From IMG/VR virus record IMGVR_UViG_3300042868_014220: a stretch of 57,824 nt of DNA; one strand, 5' to 3'. This document shows, piece after piece, positions 46,223-55,187 of this stretch (position 1 is its first letter; each line of letters opens with the position of its first letter). The notes beneath the pieces are model-generated. The model was not told the origin of the DNA. It did not search any database and was given only the letters and a program-made list of their open reading frames with translations. The stretch is from a virus. Its lineage: Duplodnaviria; Heunggongvirae; Uroviricota; Caudoviricetes. The position numbers and the translations under genes are program-made.

Positions 46223-47524
46223 TTAGTCCTTTGGAGGTAGTATTATGTTTAAAGACCCTAAGAAATCTTCAAAACCATCATCATCATTATCAGAGTTAAT
46301 ATTTTCCTCTTCTTTATAACTCTCAAACTCTTCTTTCATTGTCATAGCTTCTTTCATAATTTCCTTAAATTTTGAAGTTGCTTTGGCAACATTAGATGGA
46401 TTTTTATCGTCAATTGCATTTCCCATAAGTTTCAAAAACTCTTGAGCTGGTATTTGATATAATAAAGTTCTAAAAAAGGGTGATAACCCTTTATTTTTTT
46501 CTTCAAATAATTCATTTGGTAATGCCATTCTGAATTTCTCCACAATTGGAGGTCCAATTCTTAATTGCATTGGTTCATTAGGTAAAGTATCAGTTTGACC
46601 TTTAACTTTTTCACGCATTACTGGGTCTTGTGATTGTCCGTGTCTACCTACAGCGGCTTCAAATCCTTTAACTAATTCATGACATAAAATTGGAAAAATT
46701 AATCCTGTTGCAATAATTTTAGTATCAGGTTGATATTCACCTTCTTCACCACCTTCATCTTCATCGGCGTCGTCCATTTCAGATTTACCTGCAACACCTT
46801 GACCAGTTTGACTCATCATTTCAATCATTTGTTCCATAGTAAAATACATGAAATCATTAATTGCCATAATACCCAAATAATCTCTATATAAAGAAGGGTC
46901 AATTGCATCTAATTGTGCTTTAACTTCAGGTTTTTGGAAAAGGAAATGTCCTTTTTTTGCAAAACCTTGTATCATTGCATTAATAATATTTCTCTTATGT
47001 TTTTCTAATTCAAAAATTTCTTCATCAGTTAAATCTTCAACATCAAATGACGGTATTTCAAAGGAATCTTCTTTTTCTTCATCGTCATCCTCTTCTTCTT
47101 TATCATCTTCAGGTTCAAGTCTAAAATTATCCGCATTTGGCATACCTAAACTAGCCTCAATTTGATACCAATCTCTATCCGCTTCAGTTTCTTCTAAAGA
47201 AGCTTCAATTGCCAATTCAATTAACTCGTCGGTATGAGCACTTTCAATTCTCATTACGTTAGAAAGTTTTCCCATCATTTCTTGATAAACCATTCCTTGT
47301 ACTTGTTTAGAACTAAGGTCTTGAATACCAGTAACTTGTCTTAATTTGTTTGCAACTTCTTGAAACCTACCACTAACTAATCTTTCTACATCAGCAGGAC
47401 CATTTTTCAATGCAGGGTTATTAGCATATATATTCTCAGGACTACCCAATTTTCTTTCTAAATTTGGGTCCATTCTTTCGGGAGTATTCCCGTAATCTAT
47501 TTGTTCATTAAATCTTTTTGCCAT
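46223..47524 (-). CDS. Hypothetical protein (acidic)
   Basis: 433-aa ORF upstream of terL. Confidence 0.7.
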   Translation of the reverse strand: MAKRFNEQIDYGNTPERMDPNLERKLGSPENIYANNPALKNGPADVERLVSGRFQEVANKLRQVTGIQDLSSKQVQGMVYQEMMGKLSNVMRIESAHTDELIELAIEASLEETEADRDWYQIEASLGMPNADNFRLEPEDDKEEEDDDEEKEDSFEIPSFDVEDLTDEEIFELEKHKRNIINAMIQGFAKKGHFLFQKPEVKAQLDAIDPSLYRDYLGIMAINDFMYFTMEQMIEMMSQTGQGVAGKSEMDDADEDEGGEEGEYQPDTKIIATGLIFPILCHELVKGFEAAVGRHGQSQDPVMREKVKGQTDTLPNEPMQLRIGPPIVEKFRMALPNELFEEKNKGLSPFFRTLLYQIPAQEFLKLMGNAIDDKNPSNVAKATSKFKEIMKEAMTMKEEFESYKEEENINSDNDDDGFEDFLGSLNIILPPKD

Positions 47525-47527
47525 ATT

Positions 47528-48355
47528 TTATTTTTCTATTAATTTCATAATTGCATCAATAATATTATCCTTTGCCTGTTCAGGAGAAATTGCTCTTGGT
47601 GCTTCCTTTTCACCTGGATGTGGATTTTGACCTGGATGAGCAGGTCTTGTTCTTGGTTTTGTTGTAGGTTTTGTTATCGGTTCTTTTACAGGAGCAGTTG
47701 TTGATTCTTTAGTTTCACTTTTTTTTGCTCTTGGAGCTTCCTTTTCACCTGGATGTGGATTTTTACCAGGATGAGCGGGTCTTGTTCTTGGTTTTGTTGT
47801 AGGTTTTGTTATTGGTTCTTTTACAGGAGCAGTTGTTGATGTCTCCGAAATAACTTTTAATAAGTCACCTTTTGTAATTCTAGGGGGTAAATGTTTTTCC
47901 ACGATTTTTTCTATTTGAGATTCTAGGAACAAAGATACGGGATTTTTTCCTTCTTTCAATTGTTTTTTTACAGACATTACACATCTTTCCCATTTTCTTG
48001 ATTTTTTAGGACCAACTTGGGCGTGGCAAATAGCCCAAGGATTTGGACCACTTTCATTTTCTTTTTCAAAGATACCCATTCCATCATCTGTTGCATCTGG
48101 GTCTTGGGTTACATTTAATGTGTCATCTTCCTCAAGTTCTTTTTCAGTCATAGTAACATTAACTCCTTGAGAATTTAAATTTTTAGCGATTTGTGATGCC
48201 GCAGGATTTTTACTACTAACCATTGTAGTACCTTTAGATTGTTCCCCCAATAATTTAGAGTGTAATAAATCAACTTGTGATTCGGTTAATTTACTAACTG
48301 TTTTTGAGGATAATCCTTTTTCAATTAGTTGTAATGCTTTTCTATTAATTTTCAT
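47528..48355 (-). CDS. Hypothetical protein with a tandem 38-aa Pro/basic duplication
   Basis: ATG 48355 preferred; two copies of STTAPVKEPITKPTTKPRTRPAHPG(K/Q)NPHPGEKEAPRA. Confidence 0.7.
   Translation of the reverse strand: MKINRKALQLIEKGLSSKTVSKLTESQVDLLHSKLLGEQSKGTTMVSSKNPAASQIAKNLNSQGVNVTMTEKELEEDDTLNVTQDPDATDDGMGIFEKENESGPNPWAICHAQVGPKKSRKWERCVMSVKKQLKEGKNPVSLFLESQIEKIVEKHLPPRITKGDLLKVISETSTTAPVKEPITKPTTKPRTRPAHPGKNPHPGEKEAPRAKKSETKESTTAPVKEPITKPTTKPRTRPAHPGQNPHPGEKEAPRAISPEQAKDNIIDAIMKLIEK
47591..47839. repeat. Direct repeat, 2 x 114 bp, period 135 bp
   Basis: 47591-47704 and 47726-47839 are near-identical, with mostly synonymous differences. Confidence 0.9.
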
Positions 48356-48740
48356 ATACCAATTTTTTTTCAAATTCTAATACCAAATCTCTTTCGTATA
48401 GTTTATCTTTAATTTCTTCTTCAGTGTTTCCAAATCTAAAAACAATTCTTTTTTGTTCTTCAGATTCTTCTGTCTCCCATGCTAATGCGACAACATCATC
48501 CATTGAGTCTATCATACAAAAAAAATCGGAGTTCTGAATTAATTCCAATTTTAAATCGGTATTTCTCAGGACCCCTACTTTCTTAATATATTGTATTTCA
48601 GGTGGAGTTGGATATCCATTGGAAGGTTTGTTATCCCAACTGTCTCCCCAAACATCCAAACTATCTGAAAAAATGAATTCATATAAATTATCTCCCTTAT
48701 AGTTAGGACCTAGTCCATTCACATAAGTTAAATAACTCAT
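48345..48740 (-). CDS. Hypothetical protein
   Basis: 131-aa ORF coupled to its neighbours. Confidence 0.7.
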   Translation of the reverse strand: MSYLTYVNGLGPNYKGDNLYEFIFSDSLDVWGDSWDNKPSNGYPTPPEIQYIKKVGVLRNTDLKLELIQNSDFFCMIDSMDDVVALAWETEESEEQKRIVFRFGNTEEEIKDKLYERDLVLEFEKKLVYEN

Positions 48741-49975
48741 AAAATTTCTCCGTTAGTTGTAATTCTTACTTGACCTGATTTAGTTTCAAAAACTAAATTC
48801 TTTTTATTAGTAACTCCAACAAATTTAGAATTAATATTTTTTTCTAAAAATCTTTTAGCAGCCAATTCTTGTTCAATAGTTTCAGTCATTTTAACAACTG
48901 ATTCCATAATTTGATTAACAACCGCTTTTTTCTTTGAAACTTCTTGAATTTGTTTTTCTTTACCTTCTCTAATTTCTTTTTTTGAAACCTCAAAATATTT
49001 TGAAATTACTTTGTCAACTTTTGATTCACCAAAGATGCTATCAAAGATTGACCCGTTACCGTAATCCATTTCTTCCATTTCAGATTCAACTGGAACGTCC
49101 ATATCTGCTTGAATATCTTCAACTTCAGTATCGTCAGTCATATCTTCACCGCCCATATCATCAGACATATCTTCACCTTCCATGTCATCTTCTTCAAATT
49201 TAGACATAATATCTTCTTTATCTTCTTCTGATAAAGAACTTAACTCTAATGAAGATAATACCATATTGATAACATATTTAATGTCTTCAGATGTCATTCC
49301 TTCTTGAGAATCAAGGGTTCTAATTTTTTGAGTTAGTTTACCTGTAAGTTTTTGAATGGTTTTAAATGTAACTGTATCACCTTCATCTCCTGTTGGCTCT
49401 TCAATTTCAACATCAGTTTCAACGTCCATATCTTCCATTCCCATATCTTCCATTCCCATATCTTCCGTTCCCATATCTTCCATTCCCATATCTTCTCCAC
49501 CTTCAATTGGTGATGGAGGTAATTCAGGACTTGGTACCGCTGGCGGTGCAGCAGGTGGTGCCATAGGAGCCTCCATTTCAGGAGCTGGTGCTGGTTTTGG
49601 AGTTTTTAAGGTAAATCTTTTTTGTTCACCGTATAATGAAACACCTTCCTCATTTTCGTTGAGTCTGTTTAACTCTCCTGCCACAAGGTTTAATCTTTTA
49701 AATGCCTGTGAATATGAAGAATAGTATTTTCTGTTCTTCATTGGTTCAAGATAATCAGTTTCTGATTCAGAAATTGTTTTCTTAATAATATAACCTTGTC
49801 TTTCTTTGACAATTTCATATTTGTTTCCATCAGCAAGAGATATTGAATACTCTGACTTTGCATTTTCATTTATAGTTTGTGGAATTATTTCTTTAAATCG
49901 AGCAATTTCCATAATTCTTTTTATTTTATCATCGCCTGTTAGTTTTTCACTACCAATTGGTTTTAAGTTTGACAT
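48737..49975 (-). CDS. Hypothetical protein (acidic, Met/Pro-rich; putative internal head protein)
   Basis: 412 aa; MGMED-type 15-bp repeats (~49430-49495); many (I/L)xE motifs. Confidence 0.7.
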   Translation of the reverse strand: MSNLKPIGSEKLTGDDKIKRIMEIARFKEIIPQTINENAKSEYSISLADGNKYEIVKERQGYIIKKTISESETDYLEPMKNRKYYSSYSQAFKRLNLVAGELNRLNENEEGVSLYGEQKRFTLKTPKPAPAPEMEAPMAPPAAPPAVPSPELPPSPIEGGEDMGMEDMGTEDMGMEDMGMEDMDVETDVEIEEPTGDEGDTVTFKTIQKLTGKLTQKIRTLDSQEGMTSEDIKYVINMVLSSLELSSLSEEDKEDIMSKFEEDDMEGEDMSDDMGGEDMTDDTEVEDIQADMDVPVESEMEEMDYGNGSIFDSIFGESKVDKVISKYFEVSKKEIREGKEKQIQEVSKKKAVVNQIMESVVKMTETIEQELAAKRFLEKNINSKFVGVTNKKNLVFETKSGQVRITTNGEIL

Positions 49976-49996
49976 ATTATTTGTTATTTTGTTTTT

Positions 49997-51157
49997 TTAA
50001 TTATTTAATCCGTTAAATCCACCTAATGTGATTCCGTTTAATTGTGCATATGGTACTCCATTTGCGTCTGTGAATATTGGGTGAGGTGCTGTCGTACCTG
50101 ATGGATTCATTTCTGTTCCTCCACTAACATTACCTAACATTGCAATAGTATACTCGTATTGTACGTCAACACCAATTCCTGAAAAAGGATATTGTGATGG
50201 TGTAGGTGTTGGGGTTTTAGTGTTAGTTGGAGTTACTGTTGGAGTTACTGTTGGAGTTGAGGTTCTAGTTGGAGTTACAGTTGGAGTCGCCGTTTTAGTT
50301 GGAGTTACTGTTGAAGTTACTGTTGGAGTTGCCGTTTTAGTTGGGGTTATTGTTTGAGTTGGTGTTGTGGTTGTTGTTGGAGTATTTGTTGGCGTTTTAG
50401 TTGGCGTTGTTGTTGTAGTAGGAGTAACCGTCGAAGTTTGAGTTGATGTAACTGTCGGTGTTGCGGTTTTTGTAGGAGTAACTGTTGGTGTTGCGGTTTT
50501 TGTAGGAGTAACTGTTGGTGTTGCGGTTTTTGTAGGAGTTACCGTTGAAGTAACTGTTGGTGTTGGTGTTGGTAATGGACATGTTCCGATTGAAGTATAA
50601 GTTCCATTACCTAATATAATAGTAATTTCTTGACCACAGTTAATTATTGTCTGATAGGCTCCTACTTGAACTTGGTAATTAAAACCATTGCAATCTTTAA
50701 CAATAAAAGTGGTATTACCTGACCCCCCGTATAATTCATATGTTTTACATACATTAGGCGTATTACTTGGAGTTACTGATATTGTTGGAGTAACTGTTGG
50801 TGTAGGTGTTTGTGTTGCAGTTTTTGTTGGTGTAACTGTTGGCGTAGCGGTTTTTGTTGGAGTTGGTGTGGGTGTTTGACTTGATGGTGTAACTGTTGGT
50901 GTTGGAGTCGGTGTTGGTGTTGGATTTGCAGATAAACAAGTAGAACAATCAGTATAATCTATTGACATGGTTGCAACCGTGTCTGCAGCCGTAGCAGGTT
51001 CTGCATTATCAATAATATCATAACATCCTGGTGCTGTTGCTCCATTAAATGTTAAATAATAATTACCATTTACCGCTGGTAATGCTGAACTATTAAAGTC
51101 AACTAATATTGATGCTCCTCCCGAACAAGGACCTATAAGATATGTTACTAATGCCAT
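49997..51157 (-). CDS. Mucin-like Thr/Pro-rich putative virion protein
   Basis: Small Cys-containing modules separated by VTPTKTATPT repeats. Confidence 0.7.
   Translation of the reverse strand: MALVTYLIGPCSGGASILVDFNSSALPAVNGNYYLTFNGATAPGCYDIIDNAEPATAADTVATMSIDYTDCSTCLSANPTPTPTPTPTVTPSSQTPTPTPTKTATPTVTPTKTATQTPTPTVTPTISVTPSNTPNVCKTYELYGGSGNTTFIVKDCNGFNYQVQVGAYQTIINCGQEITIILGNGTYTSIGTCPLPTPTPTVTSTVTPTKTATPTVTPTKTATPTVTPTKTATPTVTSTQTSTVTPTTTTTPTKTPTNTPTTTTTPTQTITPTKTATPTVTSTVTPTKTATPTVTPTRTSTPTVTPTVTPTNTKTPTPTPSQYPFSGIGVDVQYEYTIAMLGNVSGGTEMNPSGTTAPHPIFTDANGVPYAQLNGITLGGFNGLNN
50195..50575 (-). repeat. Thr-Pro 10-aa repeat tract (VTPTKTATPT)
   Basis: 30-bp period, e.g. gttgcggtttttgtaggagtaactgttggt repeated around 50460-50540. 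Confidence 0.85.
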
Positions 51158-51169
51158 TTTATTTTTCTA

Positions 51170-51177
51170 AATAAATA
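51170..51177 (-). promoter_or_regulatory. TATTTAT late-type motif, 12 nt upstream of ATG 51157
   Basis: + strand AATAAATA. Confidence 0.5.
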
Positions 51178-51200
51178 TATGATTTATACGAATAATTTAA

Positions 51201-51944
51201 CTAATCTTGAATTGTTCTTTCAACTGACAATTCTTTATCCTTAATTTTAGTTTTTTCATCAAAAAGTTTTCCGATGTGACCTGACCTTCTTAGATACTTG
51301 AAAACCAAATTTTCATAAGAAAATTCACCATCTTTTTCTAATCCTGATTGTCTATAGTCCTTTAACTTATCTTTTAATTTTTTTAACTTTTTGGTGTCCC
51401 CATCAACTTTAGATTCCTCAATTGCATCATCAATTTTATCTGTCCAACTTTTTATTTTGGTTTTTAAAACAGACATATCAATATTTTTATGAGTTTTTGT
51501 TGGAACGTGTACCCATTCATCATTCATAACGGAATATACTCCATCACTATTTGCCTCATCAGACGCAGGTTGAGCATAAACCTCAACATCGTATCCGAAG
51601 ATTTTGATGTTGTGTTTGTCATTAAAAAGTTTTTTCTTTAAATCAAAAAGTTCTTTATAAAGTTCTTCTTGTTTTCCGTATCTTTCAAAATCAACAATAA
51701 CGTGTAAGTCAAAGTCAGAGAATTCTGACCAATTGAAATTTACTAAAGAACCCATAAAAAAAATATCTTCAACAAAAACATCTTCGCCCAAATCTTCAAT
51801 AAACTCTTCAGCAATACGCATAAGAGCTTTTCTAACCTTTGGAACCATAGTTGCCTTTTTGGGGTCTTCAGAATTTTCCCAAACTTTTGGGTTTAAAGTA
51901 TCCTTTATTGAAAAGCTATCAAGAATTTTTTGAGAATTATTCAT
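51201..51944 (-). CDS. Nucleotidyltransferase, Pol-beta superfamily
   Basis: MGSLVNFNWSEFSDFDLHV (GS...DxD), third carboxylate in YDVEVY. Confidence 0.75.
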   Translation of the reverse strand: MNNSQKILDSFSIKDTLNPKVWENSEDPKKATMVPKVRKALMRIAEEFIEDLGEDVFVEDIFFMGSLVNFNWSEFSDFDLHVIVDFERYGKQEELYKELFDLKKKLFNDKHNIKIFGYDVEVYAQPASDEANSDGVYSVMNDEWVHVPTKTHKNIDMSVLKTKIKSWTDKIDDAIEESKVDGDTKKLKKLKDKLKDYRQSGLEKDGEFSYENLVFKYLRRSGHIGKLFDEKTKIKDKELSVERTIQD

Positions 51945-51948
51945 CCTT

Positions 51949-51956
51949 AATAAATA
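51949..51956 (-). promoter_or_regulatory. TATTTAT late-type motif, 4 nt upstream of the NTase ATG
   Basis: + strand AATAAATA. Confidence 0.5.
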
Positions 51957-51965
51957 GTAGGATGC

Positions 51966-52208
51966 TTACACTTTTTTATATGGATATTTTTTTGCAATAT
52001 CTGTGGTAAAAAATTTACCTTGTGATTCAGACATTCTGAATTTTGTATAAACCTGATGAGGAACATCATCGTATTTGTATTTTATACCATTATTAAATTC
52101 AACAACCAAATCTTTTGTTTCGGTATCATATTCTGTTGCTTTAATGTTTGACGATTTAATTTCGTTTTTAATCTTCGTCCCAACGATTTCTTCTTTTAAT
52201 ATTGCCAT
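51966..52208 (-). CDS. KTSC-domain protein
   Basis: IKSSNIKATEYD.....LVVEF.NG..YKY.DVP..VY......ESQGKFF. Confidence 0.85.
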   Translation of the reverse strand: MAILKEEIVGTKIKNEIKSSNIKATEYDTETKDLVVEFNNGIKYKYDDVPHQVYTKFRMSESQGKFFTTDIAKKYPYKKV

Positions 52209-52506
52209 TTTCTTTTTCTTTAAGTGGTGTTAATTCATCTACCTTTTTCATTAATGGTTGCATGTAATCCATAAACTCAGTAAAAGTAGTATCAAAACCA
52301 TAATCATTAACTCGTTTAAATAAAGCTTTTTGTGAATCACCAAATTTATGAAATAAAGTCATCATCTTTGGAGTATATATTGGTGGTTTTTCTAAATCAC
52401 TTTCACTGAACCCCAACTCTTGGAATTCCTGTCTTAATTCAAGGTAGATTTCAAGTAATTCTTTAGCTCCTAATGTATAGTTTAAAAATTTTTCGAAAGG
52501 TTTCAT
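52168..52506 (-). CDS. Hypothetical protein
   Basis: 112 aa, overlaps the KTSC 5' end by 41 nt; TATTTATA just upstream. Confidence 0.6.
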   Translation of the reverse strand: MKPFEKFLNYTLGAKELLEIYLELRQEFQELGFSESDLEKPPIYTPKMMTLFHKFGDSQKALFKRVNDYGFDTTFTEFMDYMQPLMKKVDELTPLKEKENGNIKRRNRWDED

Positions 52507-52509
52507 ACA

Positions 52510-52517
52510 TATAAATA
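52510..52517 (-). promoter_or_regulatory. TATTTAT late-type motif, 3 nt upstream of ATG 52506
   Basis: + strand TATAAATA. Confidence 0.55.
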
Positions 52518-52518
52518 C

Positions 52519-52546
52519 AAAACCCCCACGATTTAGTGAGGGTTTT
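52519..52546 (-). terminator. Intrinsic terminator after the UVR-motif gene
   Basis: AAAACCC(C)CAC-GATTTA-GTG(A)GGGTTTT. Confidence 0.65.
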
Positions 52547-52549
52547 AAT

Positions 52550-52942
52550 TTAAGACTTTAAATTTTTTAATTCGTCTCTGAGTTCAATCGCTCTTTCAAA
52601 GTTTTGAGTTCTGATTGCTTGGTTTAATTCAAGCTCAAGTTTTTCAACCTCCTTTTGATTTACTTCCAAGTTTTTCAATTCATCTCTCAACTTAACAGCG
52701 TCTTCAAAATTTTCATCTTCAATTGCTTTGTTAAGTTTCATTTTTAACTCATCCTTTTTAGTTAAGGATTTATCAAAAAGTTCTGATAAATCAAACACTT
52801 TTACATAACTGGTTGTTTTATATGAACCATCAGGTGATTCATAACTTTTTTCCGACCAATCGGTTTTATGGAAATCTTCCATCATTTTTTCATAATGAGC
52901 CATTAGCTCGTCTAAATTAAAGTTTCTTCTTCTTCCAAACAT
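52550..52942 (-). CDS. Protein with two UvrB/UvrC (UVR) motifs
   Basis: KLNKAIEDENFEDAVKLRDELK and ELNQAIRTQNFERAIELRDELK. Confidence 0.85.
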   Translation of the reverse strand: MFGRRRNFNLDELMAHYEKMMEDFHKTDWSEKSYESPDGSYKTTSYVKVFDLSELFDKSLTKKDELKMKLNKAIEDENFEDAVKLRDELKNLEVNQKEVEKLELELNQAIRTQNFERAIELRDELKNLKS

Positions 52943-52970
52943 ATTTTTTTGTTTTACTAAGTTTATTGAT

Positions 52971-52978
52971 TATCTTTG
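52971..52978 (+). promoter_or_regulatory. Bacteroidota -7 element upstream of clpC (distal)
   Basis: TATCTTTG. Confidence 0.45.
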
Positions 52979-53033
52979 TAGTCATCAAATCTTATTCCGT
53001 TGATAAATATACGATAAGTTTTTATAAAACATA

Positions 53034-53076
53034 TGTCATATTGTCATAAGAAAAAATATTATCAGACAATTTGACA
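53034..53076. promoter_or_regulatory. Candidate operator: TGTCA-N3-TGTCA-N17-AGACA-N3-TGACA
   Basis: 13-bp arms, 11/13 inverted-complementary, in the divergent UVR/clpC intergenic region. Confidence 0.5.
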
Positions 53077-53077
53077 A

Positions 53078-53085
53078 TATATTTG
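53078..53085 (+). promoter_or_regulatory. Bacteroidota -7 element upstream of clpC (proximal)
   Basis: TATATTTG 51 nt upstream of ATG 53137. Confidence 0.5.
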
Positions 53086-53136
53086 GAAAAGAATAATTTT
53101 TGATGTTATTTTGTAGAATAAAAATTTATATATCAT

Positions 53137-55152
53137 ATGAACGAATTAATGGACGACGACGACAAAGCAATGGGTAAAAAACAAAAATCAACCGCAGAAT
53201 CTAATACACCCGTTTTAGATAATTTTAGCAGAGATTTAAACAAACTAGCAGAAGCTGGTAAACTTGACCCTGTGGTTGGTCGTGATAGAGAGATATTAAG
53301 GATAGCACAAATCCTGTCTCGTAGAAAGAAAAACAACCCAATTATCCTTGGTGAACCTGGTTGTGGTAAAACCGCACTTGTTGAAGGTTTGGCAATTAAG
53401 ATTGTGAATGGGGAATGTCCTCGTAATTTGGTTGACAAACGTATTGTTAACCTTGATTTAACTTCGGTTGTTGCTGGTACAAAGTATCGTGGACAATTTG
53501 AAGAAAGAATGAAGGTGATTATTGAGGAGTTACATGCAAACCCAAACATCATTGTGTTTATTGATGAAATTCACACATTGGTTGGTTCAGGTAATTCTTC
53601 AGGTTCAATGGATGGTTCCAACATCTTCAAACCAGCACTTTCTCGTGGTGAACTTCAATGTATTGGAGCGACCACATTGGACGAGTTCCGTAAGAACATT
53701 GAAAAAGACGGAGCATTGGAACGTAGATTCCAAAAAGTAATTGTTGAACCATCAACTGTGGCAGAGACAATTCAAATTCTTAAGAATGTTCGTGATAAAT
53801 ACGAAAATTTCCACAAGGTGAATTATAGTGATGAGGTTATTGAGACTTGTGTTAAGTTGGCAGACCGTTACATCACCGACAGAGAGTTCCCTGATAAAGC
53901 GTTTGATATCTTGGATGAGGTTGGAGCAAGAATGCAAACCGACTTAAAAGTTCCTGAGGTTATTGAGGAGTTGAAAAAGAAGGCTGCCGAGATTAAAGTC
54001 CAAAAATTAGAAGTAGTTAAAAAACAGAACTACGAACAAGCAGCAGAACTTCGTGATAAGGAAAAGAAATTGTTAATTAAACTTGAACAAGAAAAGTTTA
54101 AGTTTGAAGAACAGATGTCTAAGGAAAAACAAACTATCCTATTGGAACACGTTTATGATGTTGTTTCAAACATGACCAAAATCCCCGTGAATAAGATGAG
54201 TGTTGACGATACCAAAGCATTGTTAGATTTGGATAAAAACTTAATCGGTAAAGTTATTGGTCAAGACGCGGCGGTTATTAAAGTTGCAAAGTCAATCAAA
54301 AGAAATCGTTTAGGTATCAAGGACCCTAACAGACCAATCGGTTCATTCATATTCTTGGGGTCAACAGGTGTTGGTAAAACACTATTGGCTAAACAAATCG
54401 CAAAAGAAATGTTTGGTTCTGAAGATTCACTTATCCGTGTAGATATGAGTGAATACCAAGAGAAACACACAATCTCTAAATTGGTAGGAGCACCTCCAGG
54501 TTATGTGGGTTATGAAGAAGGTGGATTGTTAACTGAGAAAGTTAAAAACAAACCATACTCAGTAATCTTATTTGATGAGGTTGAAAAAGCACACAAAGAT
54601 GTGTTCACCATCTTACTTCAAATCTTGGATGATGGCCACGTAACCGATAGTTTGGGTCGTAAGATTAACTTCAAGAATACCTTGATTATCTTAACTTCAA
54701 ACTTGGGTGTTAAAAAACTACAAGATTTTGGAACAGGTATTGGTTTCTCTTCTAATACATACAGTAATGAGGAAGCTAAGAAACAAATGTTGATGAAGGA
54801 AATGAAGAATTTCTTCTCTCCCGAATTTGTAAACCGTATTGATGATACAATCGTGTTTAATTCACTATCTCAGGATGATATCAAGAAGATTACCGATATT
54901 GAATTGAAGAAGTTGGTGACTCGTCTTGTAGATATGAAATACAACATCAGTTATGATGATACCTTGGTTGAGTATTTGGCTAAGATTGGTTATGATGAAA
55001 TGTATGGAGCTCGTCCACTGAAAAGAGCTATCCAAGATAAGGTTGAAGACTTATTGTCGGAAGAAGTTCTAACAGGTAAGTTGATTGAGGGTAAAAATTA
55101 CCTCATCAAAGTAGTGGATGAAAATGTGATAATTCAAAAGAAAGGACGATAA
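53137..55152 (+). CDS. clpC: ClpC-type AAA+ unfoldase lacking the N-terminal Clp repeat domain
   Basis: GEPGCGKT/VFIDEIH, KYRGQFE, UVR-type M-domain QNYEQAAELRD, GSTGVGKT/ILFDEVEK, GYVG, ClpP-docking IGF loop (GTGIGFS). Confidence 0.92.
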   Translation: MNELMDDDDKAMGKKQKSTAESNTPVLDNFSRDLNKLAEAGKLDPVVGRDREILRIAQILSRRKKNNPIILGEPGCGKTALVEGLAIKIVNGECPRNLVDKRIVNLDLTSVVAGTKYRGQFEERMKVIIEELHANPNIIVFIDEIHTLVGSGNSSGSMDGSNIFKPALSRGELQCIGATTLDEFRKNIEKDGALERRFQKVIVEPSTVAETIQILKNVRDKYENFHKVNYSDEVIETCVKLADRYITDREFPDKAFDILDEVGARMQTDLKVPEVIEELKKKAAEIKVQKLEVVKKQNYEQAAELRDKEKKLLIKLEQEKFKFEEQMSKEKQTILLEHVYDVVSNMTKIPVNKMSVDDTKALLDLDKNLIGKVIGQDAAVIKVAKSIKRNRLGIKDPNRPIGSFIFLGSTGVGKTLLAKQIAKEMFGSEDSLIRVDMSEYQEKHTISKLVGAPPGYVGYEEGGLLTEKVKNKPYSVILFDEVEKAHKDVFTILLQILDDGHVTDSLGRKINFKNTLIILTSNLGVKKLQDFGTGIGFSSNTYSNEEAKKQMLMKEMKNFFSPEFVNRIDDTIVFNSLSQDDIKKITDIELKKLVTRLVDMKYNISYDDTLVEYLAKIGYDEMYGARPLKRAIQDKVEDLLSEEVLTGKLIEGKNYLIKVVDENVIIQKKGR

Positions 55153-55157
55153 TTAAG

Positions 55158-55186
55158 AAAGGGAGAATTTATTTCTCCCTTTTTTT
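55158..55186 (+). terminator. Intrinsic terminator after clpC
   Basis: AAAGGGAGAA-TTTAT-TTCTCCCTTT plus T run. Confidence 0.85.
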
Positions 55187-55187
55187 A

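Noticed and set aside
38325-54470. Short antisense ORFs overlapping core genes (e.g. 39221..39559, 42541..43041, 49356..49724, 50688..50879, 53133..53552)
   Set aside because: They lie fully opposite well-supported genes, mirror their low-complexity tracts and have no promoter or start context.
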